A stretch of 64,000 nt of DNA, from the IMG/VR virus record IMGVR_UViG_3300022876_000002. The stretch is one strand, 5' to 3'. Below are positions 38,377-48,169 of the stretch, in pieces. Numbering within the stretch: position 1 is the first letter of the stretch; each line of letters starts with the position of its first letter. This stretch comes from a virus (Duplodnaviria; Caudoviricetes). The notes beneath the pieces were generated by a model. The model saw nothing but the letters and a program-made list of their open reading frames with translations, was not told the origin of the DNA and did not search any database. A program made the position numbers and the translations under genes.

Positions 38377-38931
38377 ATGGGAAAAGCAATTAAAGGATGG
38401 TTATTCCTTGATCGCGTTCGTTCCATGGTTACTTTCTTTGCGGTATTAATTGGTCTGGGTTTGCTTGCATGGCAGACCTACAGCCCCAAGCCCGTGAAGT
38501 TAGAAGCCGAGTCATTCAACGCCATCAAAGAAGCAACCGAAGCCATGCGACGGACCGCGCAGTTGTCAGAACAAATCGTTAAAGATAACGAGGTGTTTAC
38601 TGCCGGTATCAAGGAAATGATGCAAAAGCAAGCTGACTTAAGGGAGGCGAATTATGATTTCCTTATGGGGGAATACGGTACAGGCGATAAGCCGCCTAGT
38701 TATGACGGTGGGCCTCCTCCTGACTTTGGGTTGCACAAACAACCCCTCAGTCTCGGAGGGCTCCCAGTTTATCCAGATCCAGGCGGACCGGATAGAGTAC
38801 AACACGTACGCGTCCCAGTTGAAAGCGATTCAGAAACAGCTAACGGAAGTAGCACCGGAGTTTCGGGAGGTAGCTCCCCTCCCCCCTCAGTCCAGGGTGG
38901 GCGATCTGACAAGGTGGTTGGAGCAGAATAA
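38377..38931 (+). CDS. Candidate i-spanin (N-terminal TM plus coiled coil)
   Basis: TM VTFFAVLIGLGLLAW, helical segment EATEAMRRTAQLSEQIVKD...REAN, P/G/S-rich tail overlapping the next ORF. Confidence 0.55.
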   Translation: MGKAIKGWLFLDRVRSMVTFFAVLIGLGLLAWQTYSPKPVKLEAESFNAIKEATEAMRRTAQLSEQIVKDNEVFTAGIKEMMQKQADLREANYDFLMGEYGTGDKPPSYDGGPPPDFGLHKQPLSLGGLPVYPDPGGPDRVQHVRVPVESDSETANGSSTGVSGGSSPPPSVQGGRSDKVVGAE

Positions 38932-39136
38932 CTGTCTCCTCCCAGGTCTCTCACCTACTGAGCGGGTGTATTGCTACCAAGTGACTCGTGTATACTTGAT
39001 TCAAACCACGAAAGCACTTGATGCACAAGACACCACCGTGTGGGCTGCTAAGCGGACGATCCAGCAGCTGGTAGGTAATTTGAACAAAGTCATTGAAATG
39101 GCACCACAGCCTAACATAGACAAAGTTCCCCCCTGA
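38654..39136 (+). CDS. Candidate o-spanin lipoprotein (+1 frame overlap)
   Basis: GGAGG 6 nt before ATG at 38654. Signal peptide ...RLVMTVGLLLTLG-C27; two further Cys. Confidence 0.6.
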   Translation: MISLWGNTVQAISRLVMTVGLLLTLGCTNNPSVSEGSQFIQIQADRIEYNTYASQLKAIQKQLTEVAPEFREVAPLPPQSRVGDLTRWLEQNNCLLPGLSPTERVYCYQVTRVYLIQTTKALDAQDTTVWAAKRTIQQLVGNLNKVIEMAPQPNIDKVPP

Positions 39137-39151
39137 TGCAGACATAAGTTA

Positions 39152-39194
39152 ATATACCCTCCAGGAGCCCTACAAAGGCTCCTGGAGGGTATAT
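39152..39194. terminator. 18-bp inverted repeat between convergent genes
   Basis: atataccctccaggagcc-ctacaaa-ggctcctggagggtatat. Confidence 0.8.
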
Positions 39195-39201
39195 AGCTGC
39201 A

Positions 39202-39594
39202 TTACTGCCCATTGGTACTGTTATCACCGTTCTGCTTCTTATCGGTGCTGATAACGTTTGCCAGACGGTTCCGTAACTGATCAGTAAGGCCGCTTCCTTG
39301 CATGATAGTCGAAATCGTCTTGTTAGCGTTCACCCACGTCCAAGCACAGATAATCGGACCGATGTTAACAATGACCAGTGTCAGCTCGCTAGGCCATTCA
39401 CCACCGTCTTTAACCGACAGGTGTGTGGTGTACACGTTGAACACCGCAACCACACACATGGTGATAATGGAAAGGATCCCGCCCAGGTTACGCAGGGAGA
39501 TCGTCCACTTACCAAACAGTTCCCGTTCAATACCCCCATTAACAGCAGGGGACTCTTCGGGAGTTACCGGTTGCTCCTCCACTGGTTTATTCAT
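39202..39594 (-). CDS. Two-TM membrane protein, holin candidate (130 aa)
   Basis: TM1 LGGILSIITMCVVAVFNVY, TM2 LTLVIVNIGPIICAWTWV, hydrophilic termini. ATGA overlap with ruvC. Confidence 0.55.
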   Translation of the reverse strand: MNKPVEEQPVTPEESPAVNGGIERELFGKWTISLRNLGGILSIITMCVVAVFNVYTTHLSVKDGGEWPSELTLVIVNIGPIICAWTWVNANKTISTIMQGSGLTDQLRNRLANVISTDKKQNGDNSTNGQ

Positions 39595-40223
39595 GCATAG
39601 AACACTCCGTAGTCTTTAGCGATGATCTCACAACGGTACAGAGCAATAGCCGTGGCGTCTGACGAGTGCTCATCGATTACCTTGAGATCGAACCCTTCGG
39701 AGTCTAAGTGCTCGTATGCCATCACACCGTTGTGGACGTCTTCTTTCTCTGATTTCTTAGCCACTACACCTACCGTCTCTTTTGGAGGGATGGGTGTAAC
39801 GGTAGACACGTGGATACCACGCTCAATGAAAGGTGTTTGCAACATAGCCACAGCCTGGATTAGCTGCTTAAAGGTACCAGGGCTACGACCAAGGTAGTTA
39901 TCCTCGATAATAGCCGTGACGCACACCTTAACGAACTTACAAGCCTTGTCGATCCAATCGGTAAGGTAGGCGTCAATGATCCCACCCAGTGCACGAGCCA
40001 ACCCATAGCAGCGTGCCAATACCCCAGTACCATTAATAGTGTCGTCGTACTGTTCGGGGATGTCGTATAACACCCTGTCCCCTTTAATGGTATTTACGTA
40101 CACCAACTTGAAGGGCGTGCGCTTGGACAGATCGACGTCCATGACACACACCCCCATGTTGGTGGTAGAAGGGTCAATTGCAATGACCCTCAATACCTGG
40201 GGGACTGTTAAGTCCTTAACCAT
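39591..40223 (-). CDS. ruvC: RuvC-like Holliday junction resolvase
   Basis: IAIDPSTTNMG, IIED and HSSDATAIA catalytic motifs. Confidence 0.88.
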   Translation of the reverse strand: MVKDLTVPQVLRVIAIDPSTTNMGVCVMDVDLSKRTPFKLVYVNTIKGDRVLYDIPEQYDDTINGTGVLARCYGLARALGGIIDAYLTDWIDKACKFVKVCVTAIIEDNYLGRSPGTFKQLIQAVAMLQTPFIERGIHVSTVTPIPPKETVGVVAKKSEKEDVHNGVMAYEHLDSEGFDLKVIDEHSSDATAIALYRCEIIAKDYGVFYA

Positions 40224-40235
40224 AGGCAGCTCTTA

Positions 40236-41183
40236 TTAATTGCTCTGGCTACCAGCGCCGGCAGTTGCGTTAGTGTGCAGGAGCATTGGCTCGCTGGCAC
40301 CGTGGTCGTAATCCATGTTGAGCATGGTGTTGTTCAGGGCACTACGGGCGTCACGCTCAGTGATGTAGTGGGCAGCAACAGCGCTACGCACTTCAGTGTA
40401 ACGTACGACACCAGCACCGCCGGTAACACCGTCAGTAATAGTATCTACACCCCAGCACTGCATTACCTCGTTGACGGCAGCGTAGCTGGCATCGTTGTAG
40501 AGGATACGGCAGGCGTTGGCCATCTCTTGCAGGTCACCTTGGTTCAGCGAGCAACCCAGGATACCCGAGGAGTTGATGTACGTGTTCGACAGCGCCACCG
40601 AACCTTCACTGGTGAAGTCGATTGGCTGTGGATTGAACAGGTCATCCCGCACCGGTACGTGTGGGGTAGCGGTCTCGTTACCGTTCTCGTCACGCACCAC
40701 CTTGGCAACCTGTGGGTTGTAGTTGGTGAAGTCGATCAGTTTCAGGTAGTAGAACACGTAGGAGTTACCGTCGTAACCGTTCTTTACCACACGCATGCGG
40801 TACTTGGCACGGTTGACGTTGTCCAGATCTTCGTTGATCGGACGGCAGATGAACGGGATGGCCGTGAACAGGTTCATGTCGGTCGGCTGGTGCTGGTTGA
40901 TTTTCATGCGGCTTACGCCCATGTTGTCAGAACCATTGCAGTTCGCACCGCGGATACCGACGCCGAAGTATTTCAACTCGAAGTCTTTGGCCGCTTTAGC
41001 ACCGATCGATTCAGTCGCCAGGATGTTGTACAGCTCGTTGAGCGTGGTGTAACGTGGCAGGTTGAAGCTCTGGCGAGTGGCCAGACACTTCATGATGATG
41101 TTACCCCAGGCAGTGTTGGTGGTAGTCTGGGTAGGTACTTCCGACCGGTTCTGGTCTTGTACGTCGGTGTTGGACAAAGCCAT
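40236..41183 (-). CDS. Virion structural protein (phiKZ gp139-like), codon-biased
   Basis: 315 aa. Strong preferred-codon use (antisense frame open); synteny with RuvC. Confidence 0.7.
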   Translation of the reverse strand: MALSNTDVQDQNRSEVPTQTTTNTAWGNIIMKCLATRQSFNLPRYTTLNELYNILATESIGAKAAKDFELKYFGVGIRGANCNGSDNMGVSRMKINQHQPTDMNLFTAIPFICRPINEDLDNVNRAKYRMRVVKNGYDGNSYVFYYLKLIDFTNYNPQVAKVVRDENGNETATPHVPVRDDLFNPQPIDFTSEGSVALSNTYINSSGILGCSLNQGDLQEMANACRILYNDASYAAVNEVMQCWGVDTITDGVTGGAGVVRYTEVRSAVAAHYITERDARSALNNTMLNMDYDHGASEPMLLHTNATAGAGSQSN

Positions 41184-41195
41184 TGGGTAAATTCC

Positions 41196-41609
41196 TTATA
41201 GACGGATGAGCCTAAAGCTCGTCGGTGTAAAGCGCATAGAATCTGACACCAGGACCACTGTGAGGGTCTCTTTATCAGGCACTAAATAGGCAATGTCCTC
41301 ATCCAGGACGTGGTGTCCGGAGTAGCGGGTGACCCAGTTAGCGATCATGGCTTTGTTATGGTTTACATCGTAATCGTTACGATACTGTTTTGGTATACTT
41401 AGGGTTTTGACCATGTCCAGGCAACTGAGGTCTACACGCTGGTGCTCGTAATAGACGTTGTCGCCATTAGCCTTAGACACCAAGAATACCGCGTTCCCTT
41501 TAGCGTTAGTAGCCGTGTGGGTGAACGTGGTGTTCAAAGCCTCAGTGGCATCAAGGATATGGTTGTCTTCCAAATACCGTTGTTTGATAAGTGCTAAGAC
41601 TTTATTCAT
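41196..41609 (-). CDS. Hypothetical protein (137 aa)
   Basis: ORF, ATGA overlap. Confidence 0.75.
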   Translation of the reverse strand: MNKVLALIKQRYLEDNHILDATEALNTTFTHTATNAKGNAVFLVSKANGDNVYYEHQRVDLSCLDMVKTLSIPKQYRNDYDVNHNKAMIANWVTRYSGHHVLDEDIAYLVPDKETLTVVLVSDSMRFTPTSFRLIRL

Positions 41610-43714
41610 TCTTCCACCGGCAACTTGCGGATGTAGGAGTTGTCGATACCACGTACAGCGTAACGACGTGGGTCTTTCTCCAAGTTGACTGACTTGAGCA
41701 CGCTGCGATCAGTCAACTTACCGTTAGCAGTGGTGCTGGCTACGATATGCGGCTTAAGCGGTGTATACAGTCTAGTCAGCGAGTCCATGCTGCGGATACC
41801 GTCCATGTTGGACTGGTAGTTCAACTCTACGCCACTGAAGTCAGCAGTAAGTTTATTACCAGGACCCATCAGGTCCGAGTTACCTACGAACACCTCGTTT
41901 ATCAGCTCAGTAACCGCTACGTCATCGTCCATCAGTTTAATGACGTGGATGGTGTAAGAACTAAGCTGGGTCATGATATCAATCAGATCACTCTGTTTGA
42001 TGCGCATGTTAGGCTGGATGTTGGTGTCCCAGCCAGTTACCCGTTTGAAGATGTCCCAAGCAAACGCTTTACACTCAGCAGCAGTGTAATCACTAAAGTC
42101 GAACTTGTACTCGTTAAGCAACTCGTCGTACCGAGTGAAGTCGCCCAGTTTAACGATACCAGATGTATAAACAGTTTTGGTGGCTTGTTTAACCCGCGCA
42201 CGTTTGTTCAGGTCGTAGAACTGACTGTACAGCTTCTTGTGCTTCCACATGGTCTCGTACACATCGAATGCGTACTGGATCAGGTAGTCAGGTGCTACGA
42301 AGTTGGCTACCGGGAACCACAGTGCCAGGATGTCCTCTGCCAGGTATTTCGGGTAAACGTATTTCTTACCACCGATTGCCAAGATCTCCTTGACAGTAGG
42401 AGGCTTGATCCGCATCACGTTCTGGTAGTAAACCGGACAGATATGTACAGGGTTGTCACCATTGGAGTAATCAACCAAATACTTCCAGACGTGGTAAGCG
42501 TCAGTAACTGGGAGACGGACTTGTCTGCCGGTCTTTGGATCGTTAACGATAACACGGCCCAGGAACTTCTTATTACCTGCCAGGTAAACCCATTCGTTCT
42601 TAACCACCGACATTAGTGTGTCTACGTGCCGGTTGGTGTAGTCGCGCATGGCAGACTCTAGTGCTTTGGTGGGGAGCTCTGAGTGTAACGAGTTCTCACC
42701 TTTGGCTAATGCGTCTTCCTGGTAGATAGTGGTGAAGTCATAGTTGTCCTTAGCGAGTGGTTGTTGCTTCTCGATAAGGGCGGGGGTATCGATGTACGTT
42801 GGATCGCGACCGTAGTCGTCGATCAGGTTAAGGTTAAGGCGACGGTACAGCGGGGTAGGTGTAAGGTCTTCTACCTGGGTGGCGGTACCTTCTACCATGT
42901 CATATTTAGCGAGGGGGATGTTTGCTTCGGTAAGCATATTTTGCAATAGCTTATCAAAGGTAAACGACTGCCCTGGGTTATTACGCAGCCAAGCAATGTT
43001 GCGGAACAACCACATGGTCTGTTTACGCGTCAGGCTGTTTTTGTACTTTGAAAACTCGCCGTACGAATCTATATGACTCCAAATAAAGAAGTCGTGACTA
43101 TGCCGGGTGCGCATGTGCTCTAAGCGGATGGTCCCAATCCCTTGCAGGATCGACGCATAAAGCAGCTCCGACATCATCGGCATGAATAGGTCGTCGGTAT
43201 AGTTGTATTCGTGACCCATGATCTGGGACACTACCGACTTGATGTATTTCTGCAACTCCGGGATTAACTGGGTTTCATTCCAGAGTACCAATTTGGTATT
43301 GTAACGGAGGATCTTATAGTCCTCGGCCTCTATGGTCTCGCTATAGGGGATCGGCTGCAGGATACCTCGAATCAGCGTAGGCTGGGCTGGGTATTCAGCG
43401 ACCAACCGATTAAACCAGTACGTGCCTTTAGCGTACTCGCGTGCGGTAGCCAAGTGCAGCTTGAGGTTCTCTTTGTTGAAGACGATTTCTTCATCGGTGT
43501 CAAGAGACCGGATCACCATTGGGACGTCAGTCTCGTGGTAATCGCCGTTAAGGTTCATGTAGTAACGCCATGTGGTCTTATCTTCACTGATCACATGCCC
43601 TACACGTTCCAATGCTTGGTTGTACCGCTTCGCCCAGAGTTCGATCTTGACGATCATAGTTCTTGTTAGGGCGAACGTGTCCCTGAAGAACTTGTCCTTA
43701 TCCGCATTGTTCAT
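41606..43714 (-). CDS. Virion structural protein (phiKZ gp128-like, 702 aa)
   Basis: WRYYMNLNGDYH...SLDT, YFNRLVAEYP and WLFRNIAWL..NPG motifs; divergent from the portal gene as recalled for this family. Confidence 0.75.
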   Translation of the reverse strand: MNNADKDKFFRDTFALTRTMIVKIELWAKRYNQALERVGHVISEDKTTWRYYMNLNGDYHETDVPMVIRSLDTDEEIVFNKENLKLHLATAREYAKGTYWFNRLVAEYPAQPTLIRGILQPIPYSETIEAEDYKILRYNTKLVLWNETQLIPELQKYIKSVVSQIMGHEYNYTDDLFMPMMSELLYASILQGIGTIRLEHMRTRHSHDFFIWSHIDSYGEFSKYKNSLTRKQTMWLFRNIAWLRNNPGQSFTFDKLLQNMLTEANIPLAKYDMVEGTATQVEDLTPTPLYRRLNLNLIDDYGRDPTYIDTPALIEKQQPLAKDNYDFTTIYQEDALAKGENSLHSELPTKALESAMRDYTNRHVDTLMSVVKNEWVYLAGNKKFLGRVIVNDPKTGRQVRLPVTDAYHVWKYLVDYSNGDNPVHICPVYYQNVMRIKPPTVKEILAIGGKKYVYPKYLAEDILALWFPVANFVAPDYLIQYAFDVYETMWKHKKLYSQFYDLNKRARVKQATKTVYTSGIVKLGDFTRYDELLNEYKFDFSDYTAAECKAFAWDIFKRVTGWDTNIQPNMRIKQSDLIDIMTQLSSYTIHVIKLMDDDVAVTELINEVFVGNSDLMGPGNKLTADFSGVELNYQSNMDGIRSMDSLTRLYTPLKPHIVASTTANGKLTDRSVLKSVNLEKDPRRYAVRGIDNSYIRKLPVEE

Positions 43715-43737
43715 AATTAGTCACCAAAGGGTTCAAT

Positions 43738-46700
43738 ATGTCCTACAGAGTGCGAGCGACGACGATAGGTAACCAGCGCGCTGACTATACTCAAATCAGC
43801 AAGAGCTTTACCAACCTACCGCCAGCTATTCAGTCAACGGTGCGAAACGCTGTACCACAAAACGGTCTCACACCTGAGAAAGGGGATATCGGTGGTACGG
43901 ATACAGTCAACCAATATAAACTGCAAAGGCTTAGTGACGTAATCAGTAACAACATCAATGCCGTAACCGACCTGCGGGCAATTACCCCGTATGTGGACAA
44001 AGCGGAGTTGATCTGGAACACCATTCTGCTGTACCCCAATGGTAAGCAGGAACGTATCCTCACCTATGACACTCTGCCGTCTCAGTTCAAGAACAACGCG
44101 TTGCACTTAGAACTGTTGAAGGTGTGGGAAGAATACTTCACCAACGACTATAGGATCGAGGAAGAACTCAGCAAAATTATCAACGATATCCTGTGGAATA
44201 CTGGGTCTTACGTGCTCTTTAACTTGAGCCGTCCTGGTCTGGATTACTTGATCAATGGTAGTGAGTTCGATCCAAAGAAAGCCCGTGAAGGTACCGAGGC
44301 TTTCATGGAATACCGCAACAAATCCCTGGAGGAGTTGCGTCGGGAATTCGTAGAGGTTAATGGTCAAGTCCGCGCCAAGAACATTGGCAAGATGATCCGC
44401 GACCCTAATGCACCTGAAAAATCCAAGGTGAGTGGTCTTGAAGCTATTCTTAGCGGCGGTACCACTGAGGCTGGGTTGGAATTCAACCTGTTCGGTAGTG
44501 ATGTGGACCCCGATAACGACATGGGGATCACCTTTACTGACAACCCGGCGGTGCTGTACTTCCAGAAACTCAAAGAGAAAGACCGGATCAACCATGCGCA
44601 CAATGTGATGGGTGCTGAGAACCTCGATCTGATGATCGACCAGTTGCTCACCCAGCCTGAGGCTAAGGATCCAAAAGATCCAATCACCGACAAGGATACC
44701 AAGGTAAGGCAGAAAAAGGCAGAGCCTTCGGAAGCTACCACCAAGAACCTTGACGAGCCCATGATCGCAGCTGCTGCGCGTGAGCTTTACCGTGCACGGA
44801 ACATCCATCACCAGTCGATGCAGTTCGTTAAGCCTATTGACACTCTGTCGGTAGCGCCTTACGGTCGTGGTCTTACTTGGCATATCCCTAGTGAAGCGGT
44901 AATTCCAATTCATTATAACGGTCAGAACAAGCGTCAGGGTGACTTCATTTTCCTGATCGATCCTGAGGAGGGTACCTTCCTCAAGAACACTGCTGACCCG
45001 GAATACTACCAGTCGGTCAACAAGACCAAGAACGGCATCGGCAATAAGAACAAGGCTGGTAGTGAGAACAACCTCATTAGCAGTCTGCGGGTGATCCAAG
45101 AAGGCAAGGAATGCGAATTCGACATGTCCGAATTCGTTGACATTGCCAAGAAGTCGATTATCAAGCAGTTCACTTCGGCTATTCTGAGCGACAAGGCTGA
45201 GAACATCAGCATCACTATTGACGAAGAGACCAACAAGATTTTCTTGAGCCGTCTGTTCCGTCGTCAAGGTGTGCGTTGCTTGTATGTGCCTGGTGAAGCC
45301 GTTACCTACATGGCTCTGAAATTCAGTCGTCTGGGTACTGGTCAGTCGTTGACTCAGCTGGCTAAGATGCACATCGCTCGTCTGGCTGCATTTGACGTAG
45401 CGGATGCTCTGGCTAACCTGGAGGCTGCTCAGCCTCACACGCTGATGACTCTGACTCACGGTAAGGAAGACGGGGATCCAAACAACACAGTCGCTATTGC
45501 GCGGGCTGCGTTCTACGATCAGAACCCTAAACTCCACTCGATGCTGGCCAGTGCCCAGCTGTCTGTCCCGTCGATTGTAAACGCCCTGAAAGACTCCTCG
45601 TTGACCGTTAAGATCAATGCTGGTGACAACCCGTTAGTGGCTGCTCCAGAAATCGACATGCAGCAAATGGAGAAAAACTATTTCAAGCCGGTGGCTGATG
45701 AGTCTCGTCAGAAGGTGTTGAACGATATCTCTAACTACTTCTTCACTCCTCGGAGTTGGTTGGACGTTAGTGACGATCAGAACAACTTCAAGATTGAGGC
45801 TATTACCGAACACGAGATGGTTACCAACCAGGCTGTTAACTGGCAAGCTGCGCTGGCTGAGTTCATTGTGGACTTCCAGAAGAAACACACCCGTGTTAAC
45901 GCTCCATTGCTTACTAAGCTGATTCAGTGCATCAAGGACAACAAGAAATACTGGAAGCCAGACAACGCTAAGGAAGCAATTGCTGGTGACGACGGCACGG
46001 TTATCAAGACCCTGCTGGCTGACTTCTTTGTAGGTGTTAAGGTTAGCTTCCCTGAACCTACCAGTATGGAAACCACTGACAAACTCAAGAACCAATTGGA
46101 CTCGATCCAGGCTCTGGTTGAGAAGTGGATGGAGATGGCCGGTGACGGCATTATCATGGATTCCATTGTTAAGACCTTGGGTCTCAATACGGAAATGGCT
46201 ACACCGGATGAGATCAACAAGCACGTGAAAGCTTACTTCTACGCGGAGGCCTTCAAGAAGTTCAACATCCCAATGCCGTTCGACGAGATCGTCAACGACG
46301 GTAAAGGTGGTGGTATTGCTTCGTTGGTACACGGTATCGTGCATCAGCAGGTCAACATGCAGGAGTTTGTGGTCGCTTACCTTACAGAGAAGCAGAAGGC
46401 TACCAAGGACTTCATTAAGAAGAACCAGACCAAGCTGCAGAAACTGTTTGATGAGCAACCTGAGGTACCAGAAGGTGAGCCACAGCTGGATGCTGACGGT
46501 AATCCGATTCCTGGTACTGAAGATGTTCCAGGTGACGACAACGCAGGTGGTGGGTACAATCCGTTTGGTGGGGATGCTCAGACGGATGATTCTGTACCTG
46601 GTGATGATGATGTACCTCCAGGGGATGATGACACCCCGCCTGGCGATGATTCTGGTGCTAGTGGTGACACACCTACAGAACCAGATGACGATGCTGGCGA

Positions 46701-46773
46701 TAGCGCCGGTGGTAAGGGTAGCAATGATCCAAGCTCCCCTAACTACGATCCGTTCACTGGCGGTAAGGCGTAA
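43738..46773 (+). CDS. Portal protein (phiKZ gp129-like) with acidic C-terminal tail
   Basis: 1011 aa, synteny with gp128-like gene, PSEAVIPIH...IDPEEG region, D/G/P-rich tail with repeated PGDD. Confidence 0.65.
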   Translation: MSYRVRATTIGNQRADYTQISKSFTNLPPAIQSTVRNAVPQNGLTPEKGDIGGTDTVNQYKLQRLSDVISNNINAVTDLRAITPYVDKAELIWNTILLYPNGKQERILTYDTLPSQFKNNALHLELLKVWEEYFTNDYRIEEELSKIINDILWNTGSYVLFNLSRPGLDYLINGSEFDPKKAREGTEAFMEYRNKSLEELRREFVEVNGQVRAKNIGKMIRDPNAPEKSKVSGLEAILSGGTTEAGLEFNLFGSDVDPDNDMGITFTDNPAVLYFQKLKEKDRINHAHNVMGAENLDLMIDQLLTQPEAKDPKDPITDKDTKVRQKKAEPSEATTKNLDEPMIAAAARELYRARNIHHQSMQFVKPIDTLSVAPYGRGLTWHIPSEAVIPIHYNGQNKRQGDFIFLIDPEEGTFLKNTADPEYYQSVNKTKNGIGNKNKAGSENNLISSLRVIQEGKECEFDMSEFVDIAKKSIIKQFTSAILSDKAENISITIDEETNKIFLSRLFRRQGVRCLYVPGEAVTYMALKFSRLGTGQSLTQLAKMHIARLAAFDVADALANLEAAQPHTLMTLTHGKEDGDPNNTVAIARAAFYDQNPKLHSMLASAQLSVPSIVNALKDSSLTVKINAGDNPLVAAPEIDMQQMEKNYFKPVADESRQKVLNDISNYFFTPRSWLDVSDDQNNFKIEAITEHEMVTNQAVNWQAALAEFIVDFQKKHTRVNAPLLTKLIQCIKDNKKYWKPDNAKEAIAGDDGTVIKTLLADFFVGVKVSFPEPTSMETTDKLKNQLDSIQALVEKWMEMAGDGIIMDSIVKTLGLNTEMATPDEINKHVKAYFYAEAFKKFNIPMPFDEIVNDGKGGGIASLVHGIVHQQVNMQEFVVAYLTEKQKATKDFIKKNQTKLQKLFDEQPEVPEGEPQLDADGNPIPGTEDVPGDDNAGGGYNPFGGDAQTDDSVPGDDDVPPGDDDTPPGDDSGASGDTPTEPDDDAGDSAGGKGSNDPSSPNYDPFTGGKA

Positions 46774-46778
46774 ATAGC

Positions 46779-46835
46779 AAAAAAAGAAGTAACGTCTATA
46801 ACCCCTACCCAGCCATTGGCTGGGTAGGGGTTATA
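46779..46835 (-). terminator. 18-bp inverted repeat plus TTACTTCTTTTTTT tail
   Basis: tataacccctacccagcc-att-ggctgggtaggggttata (46797..46835) between convergent genes. Confidence 0.8.
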
Positions 46836-46840
46836 TTTGC

Positions 46841-47269
46841 TTAACGTTTGATCTTGGTGAAATTCAAGCCGGTAAGTTCTTTAACGCCGTCGTCACCAAT
46901 GGTCACAATACGCATATGGAGATGTCCGTAGCCGTAGTAAGGCCCTTCCGTTGCACCGGTCTCGATATAGATGTAAATCTTGTTCCATGACTTGCCATCA
47001 ACGTGATGGTCCAGGGCATTTAACAAGCAAGCAGTAACACGATGTTCCAGATTGGGCGTACGCAACAAGGCTTTCGGCCAATTGCCTGCCCGACGAATAG
47101 CACGGAACTGCTTGGAGATTGGTTCCGGATCAACAAATGCGCTATCACCAACTTCAACAGCTTGTTTGAATACGTCGGTGCCTTTCACCAATATTGGGAA
47201 CTCGGTGAACTCGAACGGTTGTTCTTTACTGTCTTGTTCCAATAGCAGGTTCAATGCAAGTTTGGTCAT
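46841..47269 (-). CDS. Hypothetical protein (142 aa)
   Basis: ORF after GGAG. Confidence 0.75.
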   Translation of the reverse strand: MTKLALNLLLEQDSKEQPFEFTEFPILVKGTDVFKQAVEVGDSAFVDPEPISKQFRAIRRAGNWPKALLRTPNLEHRVTACLLNALDHHVDGKSWNKIYIYIETGATEGPYYGYGHLHMRIVTIGDDGVKELTGLNFTKIKR

Positions 47270-47270
47270 A

Positions 47271-47774
47271 TTAACTTACTCCGTGGATTTGTTCGTAAAT
47301 TACCCAGTCGACGCCACGTACTCTGATGTAGCGATGCGGGGCTGGTTCGTAAGGGTCTTCAGTAAAGATGACAGATAGTCGTCTGCTCATGTGCCCGCCA
47401 ACCAACAGGTTTTCTTCCATAAGACCCAACACTATTTCACGTGCCAGCTCTTTAGGCTTACGTCGGATAGCTTTGTCACCATTCAGTACTAATGGGTTAA
47501 GTATATCAGCGATGGCATTCACCATGCTAACCCCATTAGTATCATTAATGGCATTAAGGTCTATCTCGTACCAACTACCTGGTTCCTTGGGAGGTTTCGG
47601 TGTGGCCTTATCCAGCTCCTTAAGCCGCTGCACTAGATACTTCTTGAACTCAGGGCCAGAAGGTCGGGTGTCTTCACCAGATTTCTTGGTGGTGTCGTAG
47701 ACACTGTAATAAGACAGGAGCTCGGCGAGTTCAGTGAGTGTGAATTTGTCCAGTTTGTTCTTACACGGGGTCAT
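47271..47774 (-). CDS. Hypothetical protein (~167 aa)
   Basis: ORF track to 47816. ATG at 47774 overlaps the upstream stop (TAATG). Confidence 0.75.
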   Translation of the reverse strand: MTPCKNKLDKFTLTELAELLSYYSVYDTTKKSGEDTRPSGPEFKKYLVQRLKELDKATPKPPKEPGSWYEIDLNAINDTNGVSMVNAIADILNPLVLNGDKAIRRKPKELAREIVLGLMEENLLVGGHMSRRLSVIFTEDPYEPAPHRYIRVRGVDWVIYEQIHGVS

Positions 47775-48019
47775 TAAACATCTACCTCGTTTTGGATCTC
47801 CAAGCACAGAGCCCACTTCTCAGAACGGTTAGGGTCTGCTTTGATACCAGCCCCTGGAATAAATGCCAGCGATTCAGACATCATACCAGTTGGCCCGCGC
47901 GAGTTAACGCGCATCATTACCCCACCAGGTACTTTCATTACAGTTGTAGATTTTACTGGATAACCCGTGCCCTCTGTGACTAGAGGGTACCATTCGCCGC
48001 CTGGGAATTTATTAGCCAT
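47774..48019 (-). CDS. Small hypothetical protein (81 aa)
   Basis: ORF after AGGAG. Confidence 0.75.
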   Translation of the reverse strand: MANKFPGGEWYPLVTEGTGYPVKSTTVMKVPGGVMMRVNSRGPTGMMSESLAFIPGAGIKADPNRSEKWALCLEIQNEVDV

Positions 48020-48036
48020 GTCATATTCTCCTAGAC

Positions 48037-48162
48037 AAAAAAAGAAGGACTCCGAAGAGTCCTAAGGGGAAACAGCGCTAGCTGTTTAGGAGGGTTACCT
48101 AGCACACAGTCTTAGGACCGAAGTCCAATGCCCTAAAGCAGGCGTCGTATGCTAGGTAACCC
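48037..48162 (-). ncRNA. Structured intergenic RNA candidate: long stem with inner UUCG hairpin, second hairpin, UUCG terminator
   Basis: gggttacctagca/tgctaggtaaccc (48092..48162) enclosing ggac-TTCG-gtcc; aaacagc/gctgttt (48070..48087); aggactc-TTCG-gagtcct followed by TCTTTTTTT. Confidence 0.5.
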
Positions 48163-48169
48163 AAACTCG

